Below the pieces are notes generated by a model. That model saw nothing but the letters and a program-made list of their open reading frames with translations, did no database searches and was not told the DNA's origin. DNA of 64,000 bases from Candidatus Magasanikbacteria bacterium CG_4_10_14_0_2_um_filter_33_14. GTDB lineage: Bacteria; Patescibacteriota; Patescibacteriia; Magasanikbacterales; UBA922. Positions 51,435-61,400 of this stretch are shown one piece after another; position 1 is the stretch's first letter, and each line of letters opens with the position of its first letter. Both the position numbers and the translations under genes were made by a program. The stretch covers positions 9,669-73,668 of the forward strand of contig PFPL01000045.1 of NCBI GenBank assembly GCA_002793035.1, written 5' to 3'.

Positions 51435-52223
51435 ATGACCGAAAAAATACAAGGACCTTTATTTTCTATAGTAATCCCAGCCTACAATGAAGAGAAAACA
51501 ATAAGCTCTTGTCTTGATTGTGCCAAAAAAGTCAAAATAGATTTTGACTATGAAATCATTGTTGTGGACAATAACTCAAAAGATAAAACTTCTCAAATTG
51601 CTAAAGATGCAGGAGTAAAAGTATTTTTAGAAACCAAACAGGGTGTGGGAGCCGCTAGAAAAAAAGGTACACAAGAGGCTACTGGTTTTTTTATATTACA
51701 CATAGACGCTGACACTCATTTACCAGAAAATTATTTGGAAGAGGTTTTGAAGAGATTCGAAAAAGATTCGGATTTGGTTTGTGTGGGTGGTCAAATGTTT
51801 TTTTATGATGCTCCTCTTTGGAAAGATATTATGAGAGTTTTTTTGCATCATGCTCTTTGGTTTTTTGCGGTAATTATCTCTCGTAAATCACAAGGTCCTA
51901 TGGGTAACAATATGACTTTTCGTAAAGATGTTTATGATCTGACTAGTGGTTTTGATGAAACTTTGCATTTTGGTGAGGATATGGATATCAGCAAAAAAAT
52001 GTCAGACTTTGGGAAAGTAAAACTCGACATGTCTCTTAAGTGCCCAGTGTCTTCTCGTCGTTATAAGATAAATAAAAGTTTGTTTGATTATTCTATGAAT
52101 TTTTTCAAGATGAGTACCAAAGGGGAATTACACAAAAATGAACTTCCTCCTGCCAATGAAGTGGTCAAAAAACATTTTCCAAAATTGAAAGATATTATAC
52201 ACAAAAATAAAAAAAGGGACTAA
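51435..52223 (+). CDS. Glycosyltransferase family 2
   Basis: SIVIPAYNEE, VVDNNSKD, DAD and GEDMD motifs. Confidence 0.93.
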   Translation: MTEKIQGPLFSIVIPAYNEEKTISSCLDCAKKVKIDFDYEIIVVDNNSKDKTSQIAKDAGVKVFLETKQGVGAARKKGTQEATGFFILHIDADTHLPENYLEEVLKRFEKDSDLVCVGGQMFFYDAPLWKDIMRVFLHHALWFFAVIISRKSQGPMGNNMTFRKDVYDLTSGFDETLHFGEDMDISKKMSDFGKVKLDMSLKCPVSSRRYKINKSLFDYSMNFFKMSTKGELHKNELPPANEVVKKHFPKLKDIIHKNKKRD

Positions 52224-52231
52224 GTCCCTTT

Positions 52232-52777
52232 TTATTTTTCCCAAGTAACTTCTGCTATACTTTCTTTTTTATTTAGATATCGTGCCAAAGTAAATAAGTA
52301 ATCACTTAGCCTATTTAAATATTTTGGAATATTTGTTTCTAGTTCGTAGTGTTGATCTAGCTTGATAATCACTCGTTCAGCACGACGACATACCGCTCTG
52401 GCCTGAAAAGCAAGAGAAGCTGTAACAGAACCACCTGGTAATATAAACTGTGTGAGTTCTGGTAGTTCTATCGACATTTCATCAATATTATTTTCTAAAA
52501 ATTCTAAATCATTATCTTTTATTTTTGGTATTTTTACTAAATCTGTTTGTACTGCTGCTAAGTTTGAACCAAGATTAAATAGTTTGTTTTGTATTTTTTG
52601 TAAAGATTTTTTTTCGATGTCAAATTTTTCATCTAAATAAGAAATAAGTGTACCTAAAAAACTATTGAGTTCGTCGACTTCTCCAATAGCTTCCATTTCT
52701 ACACAATTTTTGAAAACTCGTTTACCACCAAGCAGAGAAGTCTCTCCTTGGTCTCCAGTTTTGGTATAGATTTTCAT
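52232..52777 (-). CDS. PduO-type ATP:cob(I)alamin adenosyltransferase
   Basis: IYTKTGDQGET, GEVDELNS, FILPGG, RAVCRRAER and LNRLSDYLF motifs. Confidence 0.95.
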   Translation of the reverse strand: MKIYTKTGDQGETSLLGGKRVFKNCVEMEAIGEVDELNSFLGTLISYLDEKFDIEKKSLQKIQNKLFNLGSNLAAVQTDLVKIPKIKDNDLEFLENNIDEMSIELPELTQFILPGGSVTASLAFQARAVCRRAERVIIKLDQHYELETNIPKYLNRLSDYLFTLARYLNKKESIAEVTWEK

Positions 52778-52914
52778 ATAATATAGTCTAATGTCGAAAG
52801 TCTATAAAGTCCTTAAAGTCGACAGTGAATTAATTTTTTAGTTTAAACTTTTTATAAATCCATAAAGTAATTTTCATATAAGAAAGACTTTATAAACTTT
52901 ATGAACTTTAGACT

Positions 52915-53331
52915 TTACAAACTCTTGTTTATATATTTTTTTTCATTGAAAAGTAACACTATGAGTATCAGAAATGATGCAATACAAGATTCTATCAACC
53001 AGCCGACACCAATTGCCATACCAATAGCCGCTGTAGCCCAGAGACCTGCTGCTGTAGTCAAACCAACGATTATATCGCCATTTAGTTTGTGTTTGTGTAT
53101 AATGACACCAACACCCAAGAAACCTATTCCTGTGACTATTTGAGCAGCTACACGGCCTGTTTCTACACCAAAGGCATTGATAGAAAGAATTGTAAACAAA
53201 GCAGAACCGACTGAAACTAGTGCATAAGTTCGTGGGCCAGCCATTTTGCCGATAGCTACTCTTTGCCAGCCGAGCATACCACCTAAGATGATTGCTAGTA
53301 ATAGTTGTCCGGTAAAGTACAAATAATGCAT
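52915..53331 (-). CDS. MgtC/SapB family membrane protein
   Basis: AG.RTY.LV, RVAAQIVTGIGFLG and GLTTAAGLW motifs. Confidence 0.93.
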   Translation of the reverse strand: MHYLYFTGQLLLAIILGGMLGWQRVAIGKMAGPRTYALVSVGSALFTILSINAFGVETGRVAAQIVTGIGFLGVGVIIHKHKLNGDIIVGLTTAAGLWATAAIGMAIGVGWLIESCIASFLILIVLLFNEKKYINKSL

Positions 53332-53467
53332 AGATATTGATTTATTTTGTAATTAAGTATAGTATACCAAATAGTTTATAAAGTAGAAAGTTTATAAAGT
53401 TAATTCAAGCGGAAATGGGAACGGGGAATGAGGAATGAATTTTTTAAATCAGTGAAATCAATGTTTT

Positions 53468-54487
53468 ATGAGCCAAGTTTTTCATATAGCAAAAAATAAA
53501 GAAATTTTGGAAAAACGTTTCGAAATAATTAAGTTAATTCGTGAGTTTTTTTGGTCACGTGATTTTGTGGAAGTCGAAGTTCCACTCATAATCAAACATC
53601 CTGGACAAGAACCAAACATTTCAGCGATTGAAACAATTTTTCATAATGAAATGAAACAAGAATTTAGAGGATATCTACATACTTCACCAGAATATACGAT
53701 GAAAAAAATGTTGGCAGCAGGTTTCACAAATATTTTTTATTTGGGCAAGACTTTTCGTGATGAAGAAAGTTTTGGTGGTACTCACAATCCTGAATTTACC
53801 ATGTTAGAGTGGTACCAAGTAAACTCTAATATGTTTGATATTATGCGAGATGTTGAAGGTTTGTTCAAATTTATAATGGAACGAGGAATGGGGAATCCCG
53901 AAAAGCTTCGCATCGGGACAAGTGAGGAACGAAGTTTTAATTTTGAGCGTATAGAAATGAAGAAATTGTGGAAAGAAATAGTGAATGTTGATTTAGATAA
54001 TTATCTTACTCTAGAAAAAATGTTGGAATTGTGCAAACAAAAAAAATATAATATTGAAGATACTGAAAGTTACGAAGAGTTGTTTTATCGTATTTTTTTG
54101 CAAGAAATTGAACCTGAACTAAAAAATATGGGAGCGGTAATCGTTTACAATTATCCGAGCTCTATGGCTTCACTTTCTAGACTTTCTGAAACTGATCCAA
54201 ATTATGCTGAGCGTTTCGAAGTCTATATCGATGGTTTAGAGCTTGCCAATGCTTTTTCGGAATTGACAGACAAAGACGAACAGTTGAAACGTTTGCAAGA
54301 AGAACAACAAGAACGTGAAAGACAAGGAAAAAAGGTCTATGAAATAGATATGGAATTTATAGAAGCTGTAGGTCAAATGCCAAAATCAGCGGGGATTGCT
54401 CTTGGTGTAGACAGACTTATACAAGTTCTTACATCTTGTCAAAATATAGATAATGTGTTAACATTGCCCTTAAGTAAGCTATTTTAA
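53468..54487 (+). CDS. epmA: EF-P lysine aminoacylase
   Basis: LHTSPEY.MKK, FRDEE....HNPEFTMLEWY, ERFE, ELANAF.EL and GIALGVDRL; no anticodon-binding domain; next to efp. Confidence 0.93.
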   Translation: MSQVFHIAKNKEILEKRFEIIKLIREFFWSRDFVEVEVPLIIKHPGQEPNISAIETIFHNEMKQEFRGYLHTSPEYTMKKMLAAGFTNIFYLGKTFRDEESFGGTHNPEFTMLEWYQVNSNMFDIMRDVEGLFKFIMERGMGNPEKLRIGTSEERSFNFERIEMKKLWKEIVNVDLDNYLTLEKMLELCKQKKYNIEDTESYEELFYRIFLQEIEPELKNMGAVIVYNYPSSMASLSRLSETDPNYAERFEVYIDGLELANAFSELTDKDEQLKRLQEEQQERERQGKKVYEIDMEFIEAVGQMPKSAGIALGVDRLIQVLTSCQNIDNVLTLPLSKLF

Positions 54488-54506
54488 TGCTTTAATGTAA
54501 AATCAT

Positions 54507-55070
54507 ATGGGAGATACAACTGATATCAAAAAGGGTGCTGTGATTCGTCACAATAATCAATTATACGTCATCAACACTTTCCAATTTGTGAATCCTGGCA
54601 AAGGCCAAGCTTTTTTCAAATGTAAATTGAAAAGTATTGGTGGTGACAAAGGTATGGAACTTACTTACAAAAGTGGAGAAACTATAGACTCAGTGGAAGT
54701 TCAAAGTCAAAATGTTCAATTTTTATATAAGACTGGTAGTGTCTATTCTTTTATGAATCAAGATACTTATGAAACTATTGAAGTTTCAGAAGATGTTATT
54801 GCTGAAGATGGTAAATATTTGAAGGAAGGTTTAGATGTCGTAGCTTCTATGCACGATGGACAAATCGTAGCTATCAACCTACCAAAAAAAATAAATTACA
54901 AAGTAGTGACTGCTCCACCAGCTGTAAAAGGTGACAGTAGTAGTGGTAATGTTACTAAAGAAATTATTCTTGACAATGGCTTAATAGTTTATGCGCCTAT
55001 CTTTATCAAAGAAGGAGAAGAAATATTGGTCAATACTGAGACGGGTGAATATGGTGGAAGAGTAGTCTAA
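54507..55070 (+). CDS. efp: Elongation factor P (Lys-loop type)
   Basis: VNPGKGQAF loop; P.FIKEGE.I.VNT.TGEY C-terminus. Confidence 0.96.
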   Translation: MGDTTDIKKGAVIRHNNQLYVINTFQFVNPGKGQAFFKCKLKSIGGDKGMELTYKSGETIDSVEVQSQNVQFLYKTGSVYSFMNQDTYETIEVSEDVIAEDGKYLKEGLDVVASMHDGQIVAINLPKKINYKVVTAPPAVKGDSSSGNVTKEIILDNGLIVYAPIFIKEGEEILVNTETGEYGGRVV

Positions 55071-55090
55071 AAATTATTCAAAAATTACAA

Positions 55091-55130
55091 AAAAAAGTAG
55101 GGACAGGTCTAGACCTGTCCCTACTTTTTT
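55091..55130. repeat. Perfect 40-bp GTAG-type REP-like palindrome / bidirectional terminator
   Basis: aaaaaagtagggacaggtct|agacctgtccctactttttt. Confidence 0.75.
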
Positions 55131-55189
55131 AGAAAATAATTTATAAAAACAAAAAATCCTATGTAGTTTACATAGGATTTTTTTTAATT

Positions 55190-55468
55190 TTATTTTAAAA
55201 TCAAATAAATTATAAATATTTGCAGCATCAGTATTACCGCCATCATCGCTTGAAAACTTAGTTTTTTAGTTTTGTGTCTAAACATTTTCATGCCGAGTAA
55301 TGCTCCAAGTGACCCTCCAATTAGAGACATAATCCATAGAGTTTTTTCACTTACACGTCTATTGTTGTTTATCGCTTTTCCTTTGTCTATTCCAAAGGTA
55401 ATAAATGTTATCAAATTAATTAGTATAAAATAGATAATTATAAATTGTAAACTCAATGTTTTTAACAT
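55190..55468 (-). CDS. DUF1294 family membrane protein
   Basis: DK.KA....RRVSEKTL, GGSLGA..GM..FRHKT.K motifs. Confidence 0.9.
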   Translation of the reverse strand: MLKTLSLQFIIIYFILINLITFITFGIDKGKAINNNRRVSEKTLWIMSLIGGSLGALLGMKMFRHKTKKLSFQAMMAVILMLQIFIIYLILK

Positions 55469-55574
55469 AGTATAAGTTCATAAAGTTAAAAGCCTGCCTG
55501 CAGGTTCATAAAGTAATTGTAAATTTAAAATACTTTTAACTTTAAAAACTTTATGAACTTTGTAAACTTAGTTT

Positions 55575-56132
55575 TTAATTCATATCAAGTTTAATATCTT
55601 GCATGTGATATTTTCGGTCTTCATCGGCTAGTTTGATAAGTTGTTCACGTACATGATTTGGTCTGTGAACATTTTTAAAAATTATATTAGTATTAGAAGA
55701 GGCTGTTTTGATGAATACATCGCCGTATTGGAAAATAGTAGCAAAAAAACCTTGTACTGTGGCTGTAGCATCTTGAATTCTATACAAATCTAATTCGGTA
55801 ATTTCTCTATGAAAAAGTCCATGTTGTTCAATATCCACTATTCTATCATTGGTTACAATCCACATGTCGAGATAAAAATCTAGGAATCTAACATAAAAAA
55901 ACAGATAAGTAGATAGATAGTAGACACTACCAAATAAAATAAAAGTTGTTTTTATTTCTGTATTCAAAAAAAGTTGAGGGTAAAGACTGTTTATCATGAA
56001 GTACAGTGCTACTGGTGTAAGTAGTAAAACAATGAATAGAAGAACAACAGGAATGAAAGTAAAAGGATGGCGGTGCAATACAAAAATTATTTTTTCATAA
56101 CTTTTTTGTTTGATGACTTTTGAAACGCTCAT
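55575..56132 (-). CDS. Membrane protein with bacterial PH (bPH_2) domain
   Basis: Two TM helices; IVTNDRIVDIEQ.GLF and IQD....GFFATIF.YGDV motifs. Confidence 0.85.
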   Translation of the reverse strand: MSVSKVIKQKSYEKIIFVLHRHPFTFIPVVLLFIVLLLTPVALYFMINSLYPQLFLNTEIKTTFILFGSVYYLSTYLFFYVRFLDFYLDMWIVTNDRIVDIEQHGLFHREITELDLYRIQDATATVQGFFATIFQYGDVFIKTASSNTNIIFKNVHRPNHVREQLIKLADEDRKYHMQDIKLDMN

Positions 56133-56187
56133 ATATTTTTATTACGTAAAAAATGTAAAATTTTTGTTGAGTATAATTAATAATATT

Positions 56188-56433
56188 TTATTTGAACCAA
56201 TTAATATCAAGTAAAACAATACTTTGTGACCAATCCACTTGAGCTACAACTTGCCAAGTATAATAGAGTGTAAGCATGGTCAAAGCGAGCATAATAAAGG
56301 TAACACTAAAACTAGTAAAATTGATAGAACTCATGGTGACAATGTGATAAAAATTTATTAGTGAAAAAATAAAAAAAATACAAAGGAATATTAAGTAGGC
56401 GAAGAGTATAATGTAGAAAGGTATACTTATCAT
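56188..56433 (-). CDS. Small two-TM hypothetical protein
   Basis: Hydrophobic ORF; ATG at 56433 preferred. Confidence 0.65.
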   Translation of the reverse strand: MISIPFYIILFAYLIFLCIFFIFSLINFYHIVTMSSINFTSFSVTFIMLALTMLTLYYTWQVVAQVDWSQSIVLLDINWFK

Positions 56434-56474
56434 AAAATATAAAATTACAATATTTATTATTAATTTACAAATTT

Positions 56475-56849
56475 TCAATTTTCATTTTTCAAAATTTTTT
56501 TTGTACTTCTTATTATACTAGCAAAAATGAGATTAAGTTCATGAGCTTCTTTCCATAATGTTCGAGCTTTATCTATGTTTGTTTCATTACCGTGTGCAAT
56601 TATTTCCAACTAAAGTTTTGTCTCCTTTATTTCTTTTTTTGCAATATCAATTTTGTGTACAAAATCTTTCTTTGATTCGGCCTCGTTGGCTTCATAGTAA
56701 TTTGCAGCTTGGCTAGTACCAGACTTAATCAGTTGATTAATCATTGTATTATTAATTTGATTAGTACTAATAGATTTGCAAAAGCTAATTATTTCTTTTG
56801 CAAATTGTGCAGTACGTTTTTCTAAGTCATATTCTTTTTTATCCTCCAT
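56475..56849 (-). pseudogene. Four-helix-bundle (23S rRNA IVP-like) protein gene with an in-frame TAG
   Basis: DLEKRT..FA, QL.KSGTS..ANY.EA.EAESKKDF; after KETKL-TAG the frame continues LEIIA...LWKEAHELNLIFASII to TGA at 56475. Confidence 0.8.
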
Positions 56850-56887
56850 AGAAATATTTGAAAATTGTAAATTGTAAAATTGAAAAT

Positions 56888-57961
56888 TTACATAAGTTCA
56901 CTTTGTCTTGGCATTTTCTTTCCCAAGTGTTCGTAAGCTTTTCCTGTTGCTTTTCGTCCTCTTGGAGTTCTTTCTAGCATTCCAATTTGAAGCAAAAATG
57001 GTTCGTAGATAGTTTCGACAGTATCCATCTCTTCAGCTATAGCAGAGGACAATGTGTTTAGTCCTACAGGACCACCAGCAAAGTTGTCAATAATAAAATG
57101 TAATATTTTTCTATCAATTTCATCAAGTCCATATTCGTCAACATTGAGCATGTCGAGAGCTGCCTTTGCAATTTCTATATTTATTATACCATTATGTTTG
57201 ACTTGTGCGTAGTCCCTGACTCTTTTTAACAATCTATTAGCTATACGAGGAGTTTTGCGTGAGCGGATAGCTATTACTTTGTCAGCATTATTTTCAATAT
57301 TCACCTCAAGAAGTTCGGCGTTACGATTTATGATTTTTTCAATGTCGCTGTCTTCATAAAAGTTTAGATGATAAACATGACCAAAGCGATCACGGAGTGG
57401 GGAAGACAACAGGTTTAATTTGGTAGTAGCTCCAATTAAGGTAAATTTTTCAAGAGGCATTCGAAGTGTACGTGCTGTTGGTCCTTTGCCGATGATGATG
57501 TCGAGGGCATAATCTTCCATGGCACTATAGAGTACTTCTTCAACAGATTTGTTGACGCGATGTATTTCATCGATAAACAAAATATCACCTTCTGACAAGT
57601 TTGAAAGAATTGCGGCAAGATCACTGACACGTTCGAGTGCTGGTCCTGCTGTTACTTTTATATTCACACCCATTTCTTTGGCGATGATATTGGCTAGAGT
57701 AGTTTTGCCAAGACCAGGGTTACCATAGAGCAATACGTGTTCTATTGGCTCTTCTCTTTTTTTTGCGGCTTCAATGGAAATGATGAGAGGTTCTTTGATA
57801 TGGTTTTGTCCGACAAACTCAATCAGATTTTGAGGACGCAAAGAATTTTCAATAGATTGTTCCTCTTTATCATCAAGTTCTGTTGGTGTAACCAAACGTT
57901 CCTCTTCATTTTTTAATGAGGGATTCAATTCATCATCTAGTTCGTAAACTTCGTAGGTCAT
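56888..57961 (-). CDS. ruvB: Holliday junction branch migration helicase RuvB
   Basis: [29 protein letters not shown] and RTPRGR motifs. Confidence 0.98.
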   Translation of the reverse strand: MTYEVYELDDELNPSLKNEEERLVTPTELDDKEEQSIENSLRPQNLIEFVGQNHIKEPLIISIEAAKKREEPIEHVLLYGNPGLGKTTLANIIAKEMGVNIKVTAGPALERVSDLAAILSNLSEGDILFIDEIHRVNKSVEEVLYSAMEDYALDIIIGKGPTARTLRMPLEKFTLIGATTKLNLLSSPLRDRFGHVYHLNFYEDSDIEKIINRNAELLEVNIENNADKVIAIRSRKTPRIANRLLKRVRDYAQVKHNGIINIEIAKAALDMLNVDEYGLDEIDRKILHFIIDNFAGGPVGLNTLSSAIAEEMDTVETIYEPFLLQIGMLERTPRGRKATGKAYEHLGKKMPRQSELM

Positions 57962-58320
57962 AGGGTGATTTTTACTTGTTTTTATTTAGGAAAAGGTCTG
58001 TATTTTCTTTCGGTATTGGAATAACACAAATTTTACACAAATCGACACAAATATTTTTAAAGACTTTCGACTTTATAAACTTTATGAACTTTTGACTCAT
58101 GTATATTTTACGCTATTTTGTGAACTTAATCAATCTATACAAGGCGGACTAAATTTTTTTTAAAACATTTTTTGGATAACATCTGTACATTTTGTGGATA
58201 ACTTTTTTATTTTTGTGCGTATCTTTTTTGTGCTTGTTTTTTTATGGCTAAACTAAGCCGAAGATAGGTCGTTTTGAGCAATTCAAAACTATGTGTTATA
58301 ATAGTTATTGTCTACAAAAA

Positions 58321-58368
58321 ACACAAGATGTTGTGTGAAAAGATTTATTAGACCACTATATATAGTAT
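58321..58368. promoter_or_regulatory. Tandem NrdR boxes upstream of nrdJ
   Basis: acacaagatgttgtgt (58321) and ccactatatatagtat (58353) match acaCwAtATaTwGtg and start 32 bp apart; DnaA-box-like tgtggataa near 58193. Confidence 0.8.
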
Positions 58369-58448
58369 TATTTTAATTTAGAATTTTTTAGAAAAGAAAA
58401 ATTAGTTTGTGTGATTTTTGTTTTTTAAATTCTAATTTTTTATAAATT

Positions 58449-61400
58449 ATGAGCGCTGTCAATTTGAAAGTTTTCCAAGGTTTGAACCTAGGACAGGAGA
58501 CTGATGTGCAGTTTTCCTATGAAGAAAATGGTTTGCATTTTCGTCGCGTTTTCAGTCAAGAAGGCAAAAGCCCTTTTGATATGGTAGAGTATGAAAAGAG
58601 GACTTCTATAATCCGTGAGCCAAGTGGTACAGTGGTTTTTGAAATGAAAGATATTGAAATCCCAAAAAACTGGTCACAAGTAGCCACTGATATTATCGCT
58701 CAAAAATATTTTCGTAAAACTGGCGTACCACAATATAATGACGATGGTACAATGAAGCTAAACGCTGACGGGTCACCCATGCTTGGACCTGAAACTAGCG
58801 TAAAGCAGACTGTCCATCGTCTCGCTGGTACTTGGCGTTATTGGGCTGAAAAGTATGGTTATTTTGCTTCGTCCAAAGATGCTGAGATTTTTTATGATGA
58901 AATTATTGTGATGCTTTTGCGTCAGATGGTAGCTCCAAATTCTCCACAGTGGTTCAATACAGGTCTCAATTGGGCTTATGGAATCAATAGTGAGTCTCAA
59001 GGACATTATTATGTAGATAATGAAAGTGGTGAAACAAGACGTTCCGAAGATGCTTATACTCATCCTCAACCACATGCATGTTTTATCCAATCTATCAAAG
59101 ATGATTTGGTAAACGAAGGTGGTATTATGGATCTTTGGGTGAGAGAAGCAAGACTTTTCAAATATGGTTCGGGTACTGGTACCAATTTTTCCAATCTTCG
59201 TGGTCGTGGTGAGCCTTTGTCTGGCGGTGGTAGATCCAGTGGTCTTATGAGTTGGCTTCGTATTGGTGATCGTGCAGCAGGAGCTATCAAATCAGGTGGA
59301 ACTACAAGACGTGCTGCCAAGATGGTAACTCTCAATCTTGATCATCCAGATATTGAAGAATTTATCAATTGGAAAGTAGAAGAAGAAAAGAAAGTGGCCG
59401 CTCTTATCGCTGCGGGTTATCCAAGTGATTACGAAGGTGAAGCTTATCAGACAGTTTCAGGTCAAAACTCCAACAATTCAGTTCGTGTTCCAAACAAATT
59501 CATGACAGCTCTAGACAACGATGCTAGTTGGAATCTTACTTGGCGTATAGACGGAAGTGTTTGTAAGACTATCAAAGCTCGTAAACTTTGGGATGAAATT
59601 GCTTATGCTGCTTGGTCTTGTGCTGATCCAGGTCTTCAATATGATGACAATATCAACGAATGGCATACTTGTCCTCAATCGGGCAGAATCAATGGTTCAA
59701 ATCCTTGTAGTGAATACATGTTCCTCGACAACACTGCTTGTAATCTAGCATCATTTAATCTTGCTCACTTTTTTGAAAATAGTACCAATACTTTTTTGGT
59801 TGATGAATTCAAACATGGTGTTCGTCTTATGACAACAGTATTGGAGATTTCTGTGCTTATGGCACAATTTCCAAGTGAAGAAATTGCTCGTGGTAGTTAT
59901 GATTTCCGTACTCTTGGTCTTGGTTATGCCAATTTAGGTTCAGTACTTATGACAGCAGGAATTTCTTATGAATCAAATGAGGCTTATGGATTTTCTGCAT
60001 CTGTGACAGCTCTTATGACTGCTGAAAGTTATAAGACTAGTGCGGAGATGGCCAAGTTCAAAGGTCCTTTTATAAAATTTGAAAAAAATAGGGAAGACAT
60101 GCTTCGCGTCATGCGCAATCATAGACGTGCTGCTTTCAATTCACCTATTACTGAATATGAAAAACTTGCTGTAAAACCAGTAGCTATCAATCCACAATAT
60201 GCTCCAGCTTATTTGCTTGCCGCTGCTCGTGAAAGTTGGAATGATGCCGTAGACATGGGTGAAAAATTTGGGTTTAGAAATGCACAAACAACTTTGCTTG
60301 CGCCAACTGGTACTATTGGATTACTTATGGATTGTTCTACTACAGGTGTTGAGCCAGATTTTGCTCTTGTAAAATTCAAAAAGCTGGCAGGTGGAGGATA
60401 TTTTCGTATTGTCAACGAAGCTGTTCCAGAAGCCTTGCGCAATTTGAACTATAGTGAAAATGAAATCAAAGATATTTTGAATTACATGCGTGGTACTGCG
60501 GATATCACCAAAGCTCCACATATCAATGCTGAGACTTTGAAAGCAAAAGGCTTCAACAATGAAGATATCGCTGCTATAAACAAAGCTCTCGAAGGTGCTT
60601 TTGAAATAAAATTCATTTTCAATGTTTGGACATTGGGTGAAGAAACATTACAAAGACTTGGTTTCAAAGAAGAAAAATACAATGATCCAAGTTTTGATTT
60701 ATTAAAAGAATTAGGATTCACTGCTCAACAAATTGAAGAAGCAAATGATTATGCTTGTGGTACAATGACAATTGAAGGTGCCCCACACTTGAAAGAATCT
60801 GATTACAAAGTATTTGATACTGCCAACAAAAATGGTAAAAAAGGGACAAGATTTATTCATTATCTTGGTCACATTCGTATGATGGCTGCTGTACAACCAT
60901 TCCTCTCAGGTGCGATTTCAAAGACTATAAACATGCCAAATGAAGTCAGTCTCGAAGATGTGAAGACTGCTTATGAAGAAGGTTGGAAACTTGGTCTAAA
61001 AGCGGTTGCTCTTTATAGAGACGGATGTAAATTGAGTCAACCTCTAGCTACTTCTTCTAAAAACAATGATAAAAAAGAAGATGAAGAATTAGAAGAAACT
61101 GTAGAAGAAAAAATGGCAGAAGAGATTATTGAAAGAAGTAAAGAACAAATCGAGCAAATCGCCAAGATGTTGCCAGTAAGTGAAGAAGATGTGAACGATG
61201 CTGTATTTCAAGCTAGTCAAATCCTTAGTAATCACGCTGGTATTCACACTCCGATGGAATCTTATACCAAAGATGGTCAAGTAGCCGAACGTCGTGTTTA
61301 TCTTCATGGTGAAAAACGCAGACTTCCTTCCAAACGTGGAGGTATCACTGTTGCTACCAAGATTGGTAATCAACAAATCTGGCTTCGTACTGGTGAATAT

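Noticed and set aside
56610-56612. Genome-wide stop-codon reassignment
   Set aside because: TAG and TGA terminate other genes normally (e.g. galU ends in TAG, zwf-gnd in TGA); this is a single isolated case.
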